NCBI GenBank assembly: GCA_039621445.1
Contig: CP154954.1
Coordinates: forward strand, 36,317,703-36,381,702
From: Euglena gracilis
Taxonomy: Eukaryota
DNA: 64,000 nucleotides
Direction of reading: 5' to 3'
The first letter of the stretch is position 1, and each line of letters opens with the position of its first letter. The notes under the pieces are model-generated. The model had not been told where the DNA came from. It did not search any database and worked only from the letters and a program-made list of their open reading frames with translations. Both the position numbers and the translations under genes were made by a program. Below are positions 1 through 13,302 of the stretch, piece by piece.

Positions 1-3000
1 CGTCCCCCGGAATGGTCGAATGCACCCATCTAAATGTGCCGATTTCTTGCAACCAACATTCCCGCTGCATGTTTCTCTCACCATTAAACCACGACAATCA
101 TGAAACCAACGGGTCCCCTGACTTTGGAGGCCTCCTGCAACACCTATTCGGTTACTCGGAGTAGTGCCCAATTTGGTCCATTTTTACATGGTAACCTCGG
201 CTGACCTGGTAAATGTCCCCGGAATGGTCGAATGCACCCATCTAAATGTGCTGATATCTTGCAACCAACATTCCCGCTGCATGTTTTTATTACCACTAAA
301 CCACGACAATCATGGAACCAACGGGTCCCCTGACTTTGGAGGCCTCCTGGAACACCCATTCGGTTACTCGGAGTAAGGCCCAATTTGGTCCGTTTTTACA
401 TGGTAACCTGGGCTGACCTGGTAAATGTCCCCCGGAATGGTCGAATGCACCGATGTAAATCTGTTCATTTCTTGCAACCAACAGTCCCGCTGCATGTTTT
501 TCTGACCATTAAACCACGACAATCATGAAACCAACGGGTCCCCTGACTTTGGAGGCCTCCTGGAACACCCATTCGGTTACTCGGAGTAAGGCCCAATTTG
601 GTCCATTTTTACATGGTAACCTGAGCTGAACTGGTAAATGTCCCCCCCGGAATGGTCGAATGCACCCATCTAAATGTGCTGATTTCTTGCGACCAACATT
701 CCCGCTGCATGTTTCTCTTACCATTAAACCACGACAATCATGAAACCAACGGGTCCCTTGACTTTGGAGGCCTCGTGGAACACCCATTCGGTTACTCGGA
801 GTAAGGCCCAATTTGGTCCATTTTTACATGGTAACCTGGGCTGACCTGGTAAATGTCCCCGGAATGGTCGAATGCACCCATCTAAATGTGCTGATTTCTT
901 GCAACCAACATTCCCGCTGCATGTTTCTCTTACCATTAAACCACGACAATCATGAAACCAACGGGTCCCCTGACTTTGGAGGCCTCCTGCAACACCCATT
1001 CGGTTACTCGGAGTAAGGCCCAATTTGGTCCATTTTTACATGGTAACCTGGGCTTACCTGGTAAATGTCCCCCGGAACGGTCGAATGCACCCATCTAAAT
1101 GTGCTGATATATTGCAACCAACATTCCCGCTGCATGTTTTTCTCACTATTAAACCACGACAATCATGAAACAAACGGGTCCCCAGACTTTGGAGGCCTCC
1201 TGGAACACCCATTCGGTTACTCGGAGTAAGGCCCAATTTGGTCCATTTTTACATGGTAACCTGGGCTGACCTGGTAAACGTCCCCCGGAATGGTCGAATG
1301 CACCCATCTAAATGTGCTGATTTCTTGCAACCAACATTCCCGCTGTATGTTTCTCTTACAATTAAACCACGACAATCATGAAACCAACGGGTCCCCTGAC
1401 TTTGGAGGCCTCCTGGACCACCCATTCGATTATTCGGCGTAAGGCCCAATTTGGTCCATTTTTACATGGTAACCTGGGCTGAACTGGTAAATGTCCCCCC
1501 CCGGAATGGTCGAATGCACCCATCTAAATGTGCTGATTTCTTGCAACCAACAATCCCGCTGCATGTTTCTCTTACCATTAAACCACAACAGTCATGAAAC
1601 CAACGGGTCCCCTGACTTTGGAGGCCTCCTGGACCACCCATTCGGTTACTCGGCGTAAGGCCCAGTTTGGTCCATTTTTACATGGTAACCTGAGCTGAAC
1701 TGGTAAATGTCCCCCCCGGAATGGTCGAATGCACCCATCTAAATGTGCTGATTTCTTGCGACCAACATTCCTGCTGCATGTTTCTCTTACCATTAAACCA
1801 CGACAATCATGAAACCAACGGGTCCCCTGACTTTGGAGGCCTCCTGGAACACCCATTCGGTTACTCGGAGTAAGTCCCAATTTGCTCCATTTTTACATGG
1901 TAACCTGGGCTGACCTGGTAAATGTCCCCCGGAATGGTCGAATGCACCCATCAAAATGTGCTCATTTCTCGCAACCAACATTCCCGCTGCATGTTTTTCT
2001 TACCATTAACCCACGACAATCATGAAACTAACGGTTCCCCTTACTTTGGAGGCCTCCTGGAACACCCATTCGGTTACTCGGAGTAAGGCCCAATTTGGTC
2101 CATTTTTACATGGTAACCTGGGCTGACCTGGTAAATGTCCCCCGGAATGGACGAATGCACCCATCTAATTGTGCTGATGTCTTGCAGCCAACATTCCCGC
2201 TGCATGTTTTTCTTACCATTAAACCACGACAATCACGAAACCAACGGGTCCCCTGACTTTGGAGGCCTCCTGGAACACCCATTCGGTTACTCGGAGTAAG
2301 GCCCAATTTGGCCCATTTTTACATGGTAACCTGGGCTGACCTGGTAAACGTCCCCCGGAATGGTCGAATGCACCCATCTAAATGTGCTGATTTCTTGCAA
2401 CCAACATTCCCGCTGTATGTTTCTCTTACAATTAAACCACGACAATCATGAAACCAACGGGTCCCCTGACTTTGGAGGCCTCCTGGACCACCCATTCGAT
2501 TATTCGGCGTAAGGCCCAATTTGGTCCATTTTTACATGGTAACCTGGGCTGAACTGGTAAATGTCCCCCCCCGGAATGGTCGAATGCACCCATCTAAATG
2601 TGCTGATTTCTTGCAACCAACAATCCCGCTGCATGTTTCTCTTACCATTAAACCACAACAGTCATGAAACCAACGGGTCCCCTGACTTTGGAGGCCTCCT
2701 GGACCACCCATTCGGTTACTCGGCGTAAGGCCCAGTTTGGTCCATTTTTACATGGTAACCTGAGCTGAACTGGTAAATGTCCCCCCCGGAATGGTCGAAT
2801 GCACCCATCTAAATGTGCTGATTTCTTGCGACCAACATTCCCGCTGCATGTTTCTCTTACCATTAAACCACGACAATCATGAAACCAACGGGTCCCTTGA
2901 CTTTGGAGGCCTCGTGGAACACCCATTCGGTTACTCGGAGTAAGTCCCAATTTGCTCCATTTTTACATGGTAACCTGGGCTGACCTGGTAAATGTCCCCG

Positions 3001-6000
3001 GAATGGTCGAATGCACCCATCTAAATGTGCTGATATCTTGCAACCAACATTCCCGCTGCATGTTTCTCTTACCATTAAACCACGACAATCATGAAACCAA
3101 CGGGTCCCCTGACTTTGGAGGCCTCCTGCAACACCCATTCGGTTACTCGGAGTAATGCCCAATTTGGTCCATTTTTACATGGTAACCTCGGCTGACCTGG
3201 TAAATGTCCCCGGAATGGTCGAATGCACCCATCTAAATGTGCTGATATCTTGCAACCAACATTCCCGCTGCATGTTTTTCTTACCATTAAACCACGACAA
3301 TCACGAAACCAACGGGTCCCCTGACTTTGGAGGCCTCCTGGAACACCCATTCGGTTACTCGGAGTAAGGCCCAATTTGGCCCATTTTTACATGGTAACCT
3401 GGGCTGACCTGGTAAACGTCCCCCGGAATGGTCGAATGCACCCATCTAAATGTGCTCATTTCTTGCAACCAACATTCCCCCTGCATGTTTTTCTTACCAT
3501 TAAACCACGACAATCATGAAACCAACGGGTCCCCTGACTTTGGAGGCCTCCTGGACCACCCATTCGATTATTCGGCGTAAGGCCCAATTTGGTCCATTTT
3601 TACATGGTAACCTGGGCTGAACTGGTAAATGTCCCCCCCCGGAATGGTCGAATGCACCCATCTAAATGTGCTGATTTCTTGCAACCAACAATCCCGCTGC
3701 ATGTTTCTCTTACCATTAAACCACAACAGTCATGAAACCAACGGGTCCCCTGACTTTGGAGGCCTCCTGGACCACCCATTCGGTTACTCGGCGTAAGGCC
3801 CAGTTTGGTCCATTTTTACATGGTAACCTGAGCTGAACTGGTAAATGTCCCCCCCGGACTGGTCGAATGCACCCATCTAAATGTGCTGATTTCTTGCGAC
3901 CAACATTCCCGCTGCATGTTTCTCTTACCATTAAACCACGACAATCATGAAACCAACGGGTCCCCTGACTTTGGAGGCCTCCTGGAACACCCATTCGGTT
4001 ACTCGGAGTAAGTCCCAATTTGCTCCATTTTTACATGGTAACCTGGGCTGACCTGGTAAATGTCCCCCGGAATGGTCGAATGCACCCATCAAAATGTGCT
4101 CATTTCTCGCAACCAACATTCCCGCTGCATGTTTTTCTTACCATTAACCCACGACAATCATGAAACTAACGGGTCCCCTGACTTTGGAGGCCTCCTGGAA
4201 CACCCATTCGGTTACTCGGAGTAAGGCCCAATTTGGTCCATTTTTACATGGTAACCTGGGCTGACCTGGTAAATGTCCCCCGGAATGGTCGAATGCACCC
4301 ATCTAAATGTGCTGATTTCTTGCAACCAACATTCAAGCTGTATGTTTCTCTTACCATTAAACCACGACAATCATGAAACCAACGGGTCCCCTGACTTTGG
4401 AGGCCTCCTGGAACACCCATTCGGTTACTCGGAGTAAGGCCCAACTTGGTCCATTTTTACATGGTAACCTGGGCTGACCTGGTAAATGTCCCCCGGAATG
4501 GTCGAATGCACCCATCTAAATGTGCTGATGTCTTGCAACCAACATTCCTGCTGCATGTGTTTTTTACCATTAAACCACGACAATCATGAAACCAACGGGT
4601 CCTCTGACTTTGGAGGCCTCCTGGAACACCCATTCGGTTACTCGGAGTAAGGCCCAATTTGGTCCATTTTTACATGGTAACCTGGGCTGACCTGGTAAAT
4701 GTCCCCCGGAATGGTCGAATGCACCCATCTAAATGTGCTGATTTCTTGCAACCAACATTCAAGCTGTATGTTTCTCTTACCATTAAACCACGACAATCAT
4801 GAAACCAACGGGTCCCCTGACTTTGGAGGCCTCCTGGAACACCCATTCGGTTACTCGGAGTAAGGCCCAACTTGGTCCATTTTTACATGGTAACCTGGGC
4901 TGACCTGGTAAATGTCCCCCGGAATGGTCGAATGCACCCATCTAAATGTGCTGATTTCTTGCACCCAACATTCTCGATGCATGGTTCTCTTACCATTAAA
5001 CCACGACAATCATGAAACCAACGGGTCCCCTGACTTTGGAGGCCTCCTGGAACACCCATTCGGTTACTCGGCGTAAGGCCCAATTTGGTCCATTTTTACA
5101 TGGTAACCTGGGCTGACCTGGTAAATGTCCCCCGGAATGGTCGAATGCACCCATCTAAATGTGCTGATTTCTTGCAACCAACAATCCCGCTGCAGGTTTC
5201 TCTTACCATTAAACCACAACAATCATGAAACCAACGGGTCCCCTGACTTTGGAGGCCTCCTGGACCACCCATTCGGTTAATCGGCGTAAGGCCCAGTTTG
5301 GTCCATTTTTACATGGTAACCTGGGCTGACCTGGTAAATGTCCCCCGGAATGGTGGAATGCACCCATCTAAATGTGCTGATTTCTTGCAACCAACATTCA
5401 AGCTGTATGTTTCTCTTACCATTAAACCACAACAGTCATGAAACCAACGGGTCCCCTGACTTTGGAGGCCTCCTGGACCACCCATTCGGTTACTCGGCGT
5501 AAGGCCCAGTTTGGTCCATTTTTACATGGTAACCTGGGCTGAACTGGTAAATGTCCCCCCCGGAATGGTCGAATGCACCCATCTAAATGTGCTGATTTCT
5601 TGCGACCAACATTCCCGCTGCATGTTTCTCTTACCATTAAACCACGACAATCATGAAACCAACGGGTCCCTTGACTTTGGAGGCCTCCTGGAACACCCAT
5701 TCGGTTACTCGGAGTAAGTCCCAATTTGGTCCATTTTTACATGGTAACCTGGGCTGACCTGGTAAATGTCCCCCGGAATGGTCGAATGCACCCATCTAAA
5801 TGTGCTGATATCTTGCAACCAACATTCCCGCTGCATGTTTCTCTTACCATTAAACCACGACAATCATGAAACCAACGGGTCCCCTAACTTTGGAGGCCTC
5901 CTGCAACACCCATTCGGTTACTCGGAGTAATGCCCAATTTGGTCCATTTTTACATGGTAACCTCGGCTGACCTGGTAAATGTCCCCGGAATGGTCGAATG

Positions 6001-9000
6001 CACCCATCTAAATGTGCTGATATCTTGCAACCAACATTCCCGCTGCATGTTTTTCTTACCATTAAACCACGACAATCACGAAACCAACGGGTCCCCTGAC
6101 TTTGGAGGCCTCCTGGAACACCCATTCGGTTACTCGGAGTAAGGCCCAATTTGGCCCATTTTTACATGGTAACCTGGGCTGACCTGGTAAACGTCCCCCG
6201 GAATGGTCGAATGCACCCATCTAAATGTGCTGATTTCTTGCAACCAACATTCCCGCTGTATGTTTCTCTTACAATTAAACCACGACAATCATGAAACCAA
6301 CGGGTCCCCTGACTTTGGAGGCCTCCTGGACCACCCATTCGATTATTCGGCGTAAGGCCCAATTTGGTCCATTTTTACATGGTAACCTGGGCTGTTCTGG
6401 TAAATGTCCCCCCCCGGAATGGTCGAATGCACCCATCTAAATGTGCTGATTTCTTGCAACCAACAATCCCGCTGCATGTTTCTCTTACCATTAAACCACA
6501 ACAATCATGAAACCAACGGGTCCCCTGACTTTGGAGGCCTCCTGGACCACCCATTCGGTTACTCGGCGTAAGGCCCAGTTTGGTCCATTTTTACATGGTA
6601 ACCTGAGCTGAACTGGTAAATGTCCCCCCCGGACTGGTCGAATGCACCCATCTAAATGTGCTGATTTCTTGCGACCAACATTCCCGCTGCATGTTTCTCT
6701 TACCATTAAACCACGACAATCATGAAACCAACGGGTCCCCTGACTTTGGAGGCCTCCTGGAACACCCATTCGGTTACTCGGAGTAAGTCCCAATTTGCTC
6801 CATTTTTACATGGTAACCTGGGCTGACCTGGTAAATGTCCCCCGGAATGGTCGAATGCACCCATCAAAATGTGCTCATTTCTCGCAACCAACATTCCCGC
6901 TGCACGTTTTTCTTACCATTAACCCACGACAATCATGAAACTAACGGTTCCCCTTACTTTGGAGGCCTCCTGGAACACCCATTCGGTTACTCGGAGTAAG
7001 GCCCAATTTGGTCCATTTTTACATGGTAACCTGGGCTGACCTGGTAAATGTCCCCCGGAATGGTCGAATGCACCCATCTAAATGTGCTGATTTCTTGCAA
7101 CCAACATTCAAGCTGTATGTTTCTCTTACCATTAAACCACGACGATCATGAAACCAACGGGTCCCCTGACTTTGGAGGCCTCCTGGAACACCCATTCGGT
7201 TACTCGGAGTAAGGCCCAACTTGGTCCATTTTTACATGGTAACCTGGGCTGATCTGGTAAATGTCCCCCGGAATGGTCGAATACACCCATCTAAATGTGC
7301 TGATGTCTTGCATCCAACATTCCTGCTGCATGTGTTTTTTACCATTAAACCACGACAATCATGAAACCAACGGGTCCTCTGACTTTGGAGGCCTCCTGGA
7401 ACACCCATTCGGTTACTCGGAGTAAGGCCCAATTTGGTCCATTTTACATGGTAACCTGGGCTGACCTGGTAAATGTCCCCCGGAATGGTCGAATGCACCC
7501 ATCTAAATGTGCTGATTTCTTGCAACCAACATTCAAGCTGTATGTTTCTCTTACCATTAAACCACGACGATCATGAAACCAACGGGTCCCCTGACTTTGG
7601 AGGCCTCCTGGAACACCCATTCGGTTACTCGGAGTAAGGCCCAACTTGGTCCATTTTTACATGGTAACCTGGGCTGATCTGGTAAATGTCCCCCGGAATG
7701 GTCGAATACACCCATCTAAATGTGCTGATTTCTTGCACCCAACATTCTCGCTGCATGGTTCTCTTACCATTAAACCACGACAATCATGAAACCAACGGGT
7801 CCCCTGACTTTGGAGGCCTCCTGGAACACCCATTCGGTTACTCGGCGTAAGGCCCAATTTGGTCCATTTTTACATGGTAACCTGGGCTGAACTGGTAAAT
7901 GTCCCCCGGAATGGTCGAATGCACCCATCTAAATGTGCTGATTTCTTGCAACCAACAATCCCGCTGCATGTTTCTCTTACCATTAAACCACAACAATCAT
8001 GAAACCAACGGGTCCCCTGACTTTGGAGGCCTCCTGGACCACCCATTCGGTTACTCGGCGTAAGGCCCAGTTTGGTCCATTTTTACATGGTAACCTGGGC
8101 TGACCTGGTAAATGTCCCCCGGAATGGTCGAATGCACCCATCTAAATGTGCTGATTTCTTGCAACCAACATTCAAGCTGTATGTTTCTCTTACCATTAAA
8201 CCACGACGATCATGAAACCAACGGGTCCCCTGACTTTGGAGGCCTCCTGGAACACCCATTCGGTTACTCGGAGTAAGGCCCAACTTGGTCCATTTTTACA
8301 TGGTAACCTGGGCTGATCTGGTAAATGTCCCCCGGAATGGTCGAATACACCCATCTAAATGTGCTGATTTCTTGCACCCAACATTCTCGCTGCATGGTTC
8401 TCTTACCATTAAACCACGACAATCATGAAACCAACGGGTCCCCTGACTTTGGAGGCCTCCTGGAACACCCATTCGGTTACTCGGCGTAAGGCCCAATTTG
8501 GTCCATTTTTACATGGTAACCTGGGCTGAACTGGTAAATGTCCCCCCCCGGAATGGTCGAATGCACCCATCTAAATGTGCTGATTTCTTGCAACCAACAA
8601 TCCCGCTGCATGTTTCTCTTACCATTAAACCACAACAATCATGAAACCAACGGGTCCCCTGACTTTGGAGGCCTCCTGGACCACCCATTCGGTTACTCGG
8701 CGTAAGGCCCAGTTTGGTCCATTTTTACATGGTAACCTGGGCTGAACTGGTAAATGTCCCCCCCGGAATGGTCGAATGCACCCATCTAAATGTGCTGATT
8801 TCTTGCGACCAACATTCCCCCTGCATGTTTCTCTTACCATTAAACCACGACAATCATGAAACCAACGGGTCCCCTGACTTTGGAGGCCTCCTGGAACACC
8901 CATTCGGTTACTCGGAGTAAGTCCCAATTTGGTCCATTTTTACATGGTAACCTGGGCTGACCTGGTAAATGTCCCCCGGAATGGTCGAATGCACCCATCT

Positions 9001-12000
9001 AAATGTGCTCATTTCTCGCAACCAACATTCCCGCTGCATGTTTTTCTTACCATTAAACCACGACAATCATGAAACCAACGGGTCCCCTGACTTTGGAGGC
9101 CTCCTGGAACACCCATTCGGTTACTCGGAGTAAGGCCCAATTTGGTCCATTTTTACATGGTAACCTGGGCTGACCTGGTAAATGTCCCCCGGAATGGTCG
9201 AATGCACCCATCTAATTGTGCTGATGTCTTGCAACCAACATTCCTGCTGCATGTGTTTCTTACCATTAAACCACGACAATCATGAAACCAACGGGTCCCC
9301 TGACTTTGGAGGCCTCCTGGAACACCCATTCGGTTACTCGGAGTAAGGCCCAATTTGGTCCATTTTTACATGGTAACCTGGGCTGATCTGGTAAATGTCC
9401 CCCGGAATGGTCGAATGCACCCATCTAAATGTGCTGATTTCTTGCAACCAACATTCTCGCTGCATGTTTCTCTTACCATTAAACCACGACAATCATGAAA
9501 CCAACGGGTCCCCTGACTTTGGAGGCCTCCTGGAACACCCATTCGGTTACTCGGCGTAAGGCCCAATTTGGTCCATTTTTACATGGTAACCTGGGCTGAA
9601 CTGGTAAATGTCCCCCCCCGGAATGGTCGAATGCACCCATCTAAATGTGCTCATTTCTTGCAACCAACATTCCCGCTGCATGTTTTTCTTACCATTAAAC
9701 CACGACAATCATGAAACCAACGGGTCCCCTGACTTTGGAGGCCTCCTGGAACACCCATTCGGTTACTCGGAGTAAGGCCCAATTTGGTCCATTTTTACAT
9801 GGTAACCTGGGCTGACCTGGTAAATGTCCCCCGGAATGGTCGAATGCACCCATCTAAATGTGCTGATTTCTTGCACCCAACATTCTCGCTGCATGGTTCT
9901 CTTACCATTAAACCACGACAATCATGAAACCAACGGGTCCCCTGACTTTGGAGGCCTCCTGGAACACCCATTCGGTTACTCGGCGTAAGGCCCAATTTGG
10001 TCCATTTTTACATGGTAACCTGGGCTGACCTGGTAAATGTCCCCCGGAATGGTCGAATGCACCCATCTAAATGTGCTCATTTCTTGCAACCAACAATCCC
10101 GCTGCATGTTTCTCTTACCATTAAACCACAACAATCATGAAACCATCGGGTCCCCTGACTTTGGAGGCCTCCTGGACCACCCATTCGGTTACTCGGAGTA
10201 AGGCCCAATTTGGTCCATTTTTACATGGTAACCTGGGCTGACCTGGTAAATGTCCCCCGGAATGGTCGAATGCACCCATCTAAATGTGCTGATTTCTTGC
10301 AACCAACATTCCCGCTGCATGTTTTTCTTACCATTAACCCACGACAATCATGAAACCAACGGGTCCCCTGACTTTGGAGGCCTCCTGGAACACCCATTCG
10401 GTTACTCGGAGTAAGGCCCAATTTGGTCCATTTTTACATGGTAACCTGGGCTGACCTGGTAAATGTCCCCCGGAATGGTCGAATGCACCCATCTAATTGT
10501 GCTGATGTCTTGCAACCAACATTCCTGCTGCATGTGTTTCTTACCATTAAACCACGACAATCATGAAACCAACGGGTCCTCTGACTTTGGAGGCCTCCTG
10601 GAACACCCATTCGGTTACTCGGAGTAAGGCCCAATTTGGTCCATTTTTACATGGTAACCTGGGCTGACCTGGTAAATGTCCCCCGGAATGGTCGAATGCA
10701 CCCATCAAAATGTGCTCATTTCTCGCAACCAACATTCCCGCTGCATTTTTTTCTTACCATTAACCCACGACAATCGTGAAACCAACGGGTCCCCTGACTT
10801 TGGAGGCCTCCTGGAACACCCATTCGGTTACTCGGAGTAAGGCCCAATTTGGTCCATTTTTACATGGTAACCTGGGCTGACCTGGTAAATGTCCCCCGGA
10901 ATGGACGAATGCACCCATCTAATTGTGCTGATTTCTTGCAACCAACATTCCTGCTGCATGTGTTTCTTACCATTAAACCACGACAATCATGAAACCAACG
11001 GGTCCCCTGACTTTGGAAGCCTCCTGGAACACCCAGTCGGGTGCTCGGAGTAAGGCCCAATTTGGTCCATTTTTACATCGGAACCTTGGCTGACGTGGTA
11101 AATGTCCCCCGGAATGGTCGAATGCACCCATCTAAATGTGCTGATTTTTTGCAACCAACATTCCCGCTGCATGTTTTTCTTAACATTAAACCACGACAAT
11201 CATGAAACCAACGGGTCCCCTGACTTTGGTGGCCTCCTGGAACACCCATTCGGTTACTCAGAGTAAGGCCCAATTTGGTCCATTTTTTACATGGTAACCT
11301 GGGCTGACCTGGTAAATGTCCCCCGGAATGGTCGAATGCATCCATCTAAATGTGCTCATTTCTTGCAACCAACATTACCGCCGCATGATTTTCTTACCAT
11401 TAAAACCACGACAATCATGAAACCAACAGTTCCCCTGACTTTGGAGGCCTCCTGGAACACCCATTCGGTTACTCGGAGTAAGGCCCAATTTGGTCCATTT
11501 TACATGGTAACCCGAGCTGACCTGGTAAATGTCCCCCGGAGTGGTCGAATGCACCCATCTAAATGTGCTGAATTCTTGCACCCAACATACCCGCTGCATG
11601 TTTTTATTACCATTAAACCACGACAATCATGAAACCAACGGGTCCCCTGACTTTGGAGGCCTCCTGGAACACCCATTCGGTTACTCGGAGTAAGGCCCAA
11701 TTTGGTCCATTTTTACATGGTAACCTGGGCTGACCTGGTAAATGTCCCCCCCCGGAATGGTCGAATGCACCCATCAAAATGTGCTCATTTCCCGCAACCA
11801 ACGTTCCCGCTGCATGTTTTTGTTACCATTAACCCACGACAATCATGAAACCAACGGGTCCCCTGACTTTGGAGGCCTCCTGGAACTCCCATTCGGTTAC
11901 TCGGAGTGAGGCCCAATTTGGTCCATTTTTTTTTTTGGTAAACCTGGGCTGACCTGGTGGAATGGTCGAATGCACCCATCAAAATGTGCTCATTTCCCGC

Positions 12001-12610
12001 AACCAACGTTCCCGCTGCATGTTTTTCTTACCATTAACCCACGACAATCATGAAACCAACGGGTCCCCTGACTTTGGAGGCCTCCTGGAACACCCATTCG
12101 GTTACTCGGAGTAAGGCCCAATTTGGTCCATTTTTACATGGTAACCTGGGCTGACCTGGTAAATGTCCCCCGGAATGGTCGAATGCACCCATCAAAATGT
12201 GCTCATTTCCCGCAACCAACATTCCCGCTGCATGTTTTTCTTACCATTAACCCACGACAATCATGAAACCAACGGGTCCCCTGACTTTGGAGGCCTCCTG
12301 GAACACCCATTCGGTTACTCGGAGTAAGGCCCAATTTGGTCCATTTTTACATGGTAACCTGGGCTGACCTGGTAAATGTCCCCCGGAATGGTCGACTGCA
12401 CCCATCTAAATGTGCTCATTTATTGTAACCAACATTCCCGCTGCATGTTTTTCTTACCATTAAACCACGACAATCATGAAACCAACGGGTCCCCTGACTT
12501 TGGAGGCCTCCTGGAACACCCATTCGGTTACTCGGAGTAAGGCCCAATTTGGTCCATTTATACATGGTAACCTGGGCTGACCTGGTAAAGGTCCCCCGGA
12601 ATGGTCAAAT
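1..12610 (+). repeat. Tandem satellite array, ~213-bp monomer (~59 copies), runs off the left edge of the window
   Basis: The monomer CATGGTAACCTGGGCTGACCTGGTAAATGTCCCCCGGAATGGTCGAATGCACC...GGAGGCCTCC...TTACTCGGAGTAAGGCCCAATTTGGTCCATTTTTA recurs every 212-216 bp. The ORF track shows the same peptide recurring every ~213 bp. Confidence 0.98.
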
Positions 12611-12945
12611 TGTGTGCGGCAGACGGGAGATCCTACGGAGGTTGGTAGCCGGCGCGTAGTACCAAGCCGAGTATCGCTCGAGTAGCTTATTCGGTAAGGT
12701 GCTGGGCTCACACGCGGGAGGTCGTGGGTTCGAGACCCAGGTCCCGCCGTGTGAGTCCTGATCGATCCCGTACGGGCAGAGGGCATACCGCGGGGATCGA
12801 TCGGCGCGTGAGGCTGCGCACGTGGACGAACGTTGATCGGTCGGATTACCACGTGCGTGGCCCCTCGCCAGCGGACGAGCCACGGCAAGTAGTATGAGCT
12901 GCCCCGTGGCCGTCCAACGGCGGGTGGTGACAACCAACGTAAACA
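12611..12945 (+). repeat. 5' LTR
   Basis: TGTGTGCGGC...CGTAAACA; no differences from the 3' LTR found by eye. Confidence 0.93.
12676..12747 (+). ncRNA. tRNA-derived (Val-CAC-like) Pol III promoter module inside the 5' LTR
   Basis: 72 nt with tRNA spacing: A-box TAGCTTATTCGG, D stem GCTT/AGGT, anticodon loop CTCACAC, variable region AGGTC, T arm GTGGG-TTCGAGA-CCCAG (B-box GGTTCGAGACC). Acceptor and anticodon stems are only partly paired. Confidence 0.75.
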
Positions 12946-12958
12946 TGGTAGCAGAGGA
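12946..12958 (+). promoter_or_regulatory. Primer-binding site complementary to the 3' end of initiator tRNA-Met
   Basis: TGGTAGCAGAGGA abuts the LTR end. It is the reverse complement of ...TCCTCTGCTACCA, the 3' end of animal-type tRNAi-Met as recalled. Confidence 0.8.
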
Positions 12959-13292
12959 ACCCGTCTAATGCCACACGAACCGGGAAATCAGAGCCTGACC
13001 CCACGGCGCCCGGAAGGCGGAGGCGGACGCGCCGAGTCTAGGGCGACTGAAACTCCTACACCGTTCCAAAGTCTCAAGCCGATGCAAAGGGGGACGCTCC
13101 AAGGCGGCAGAGCCCGTGGAAGTCGACAACACGTAAACTGCCGGCAATAGCAAACCCGAGCTGCAGGGGTCGGCAGCCTGGTGACGCAGTACTCGTGAGA
13201 AGCACTCAGCCAACTAGGGCCGTGTGAGGCATAACCCGAGCTGCAGGGGCCACGGCCATAGTGACGCAGTGGGCTAGTGTAGTAAGGCTCTT

Positions 13293-13302
13293 GGGAGGGG
13301 AG
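13293..13302 (+). promoter_or_regulatory. Polypurine tract
   Basis: GGGAGGGGAG immediately 5' of the TG that starts the 3' LTR. Confidence 0.85.

Noticed and set aside
1-12610. Satellite as a tandem 5S rRNA, spliced-leader RNA or tRNA gene array
   Set aside because: No recognisable 5S, SL exon or cloverleaf. GGTCGAATGC only loosely resembles a B box, and I found no matching A box.
12676-12747. Functional tRNA-Val gene
   Set aside because: The acceptor stem has three mismatches and the anticodon stem two, there is no downstream T-run terminator, and it is embedded in an LTR. Treated as tRNA-derived.
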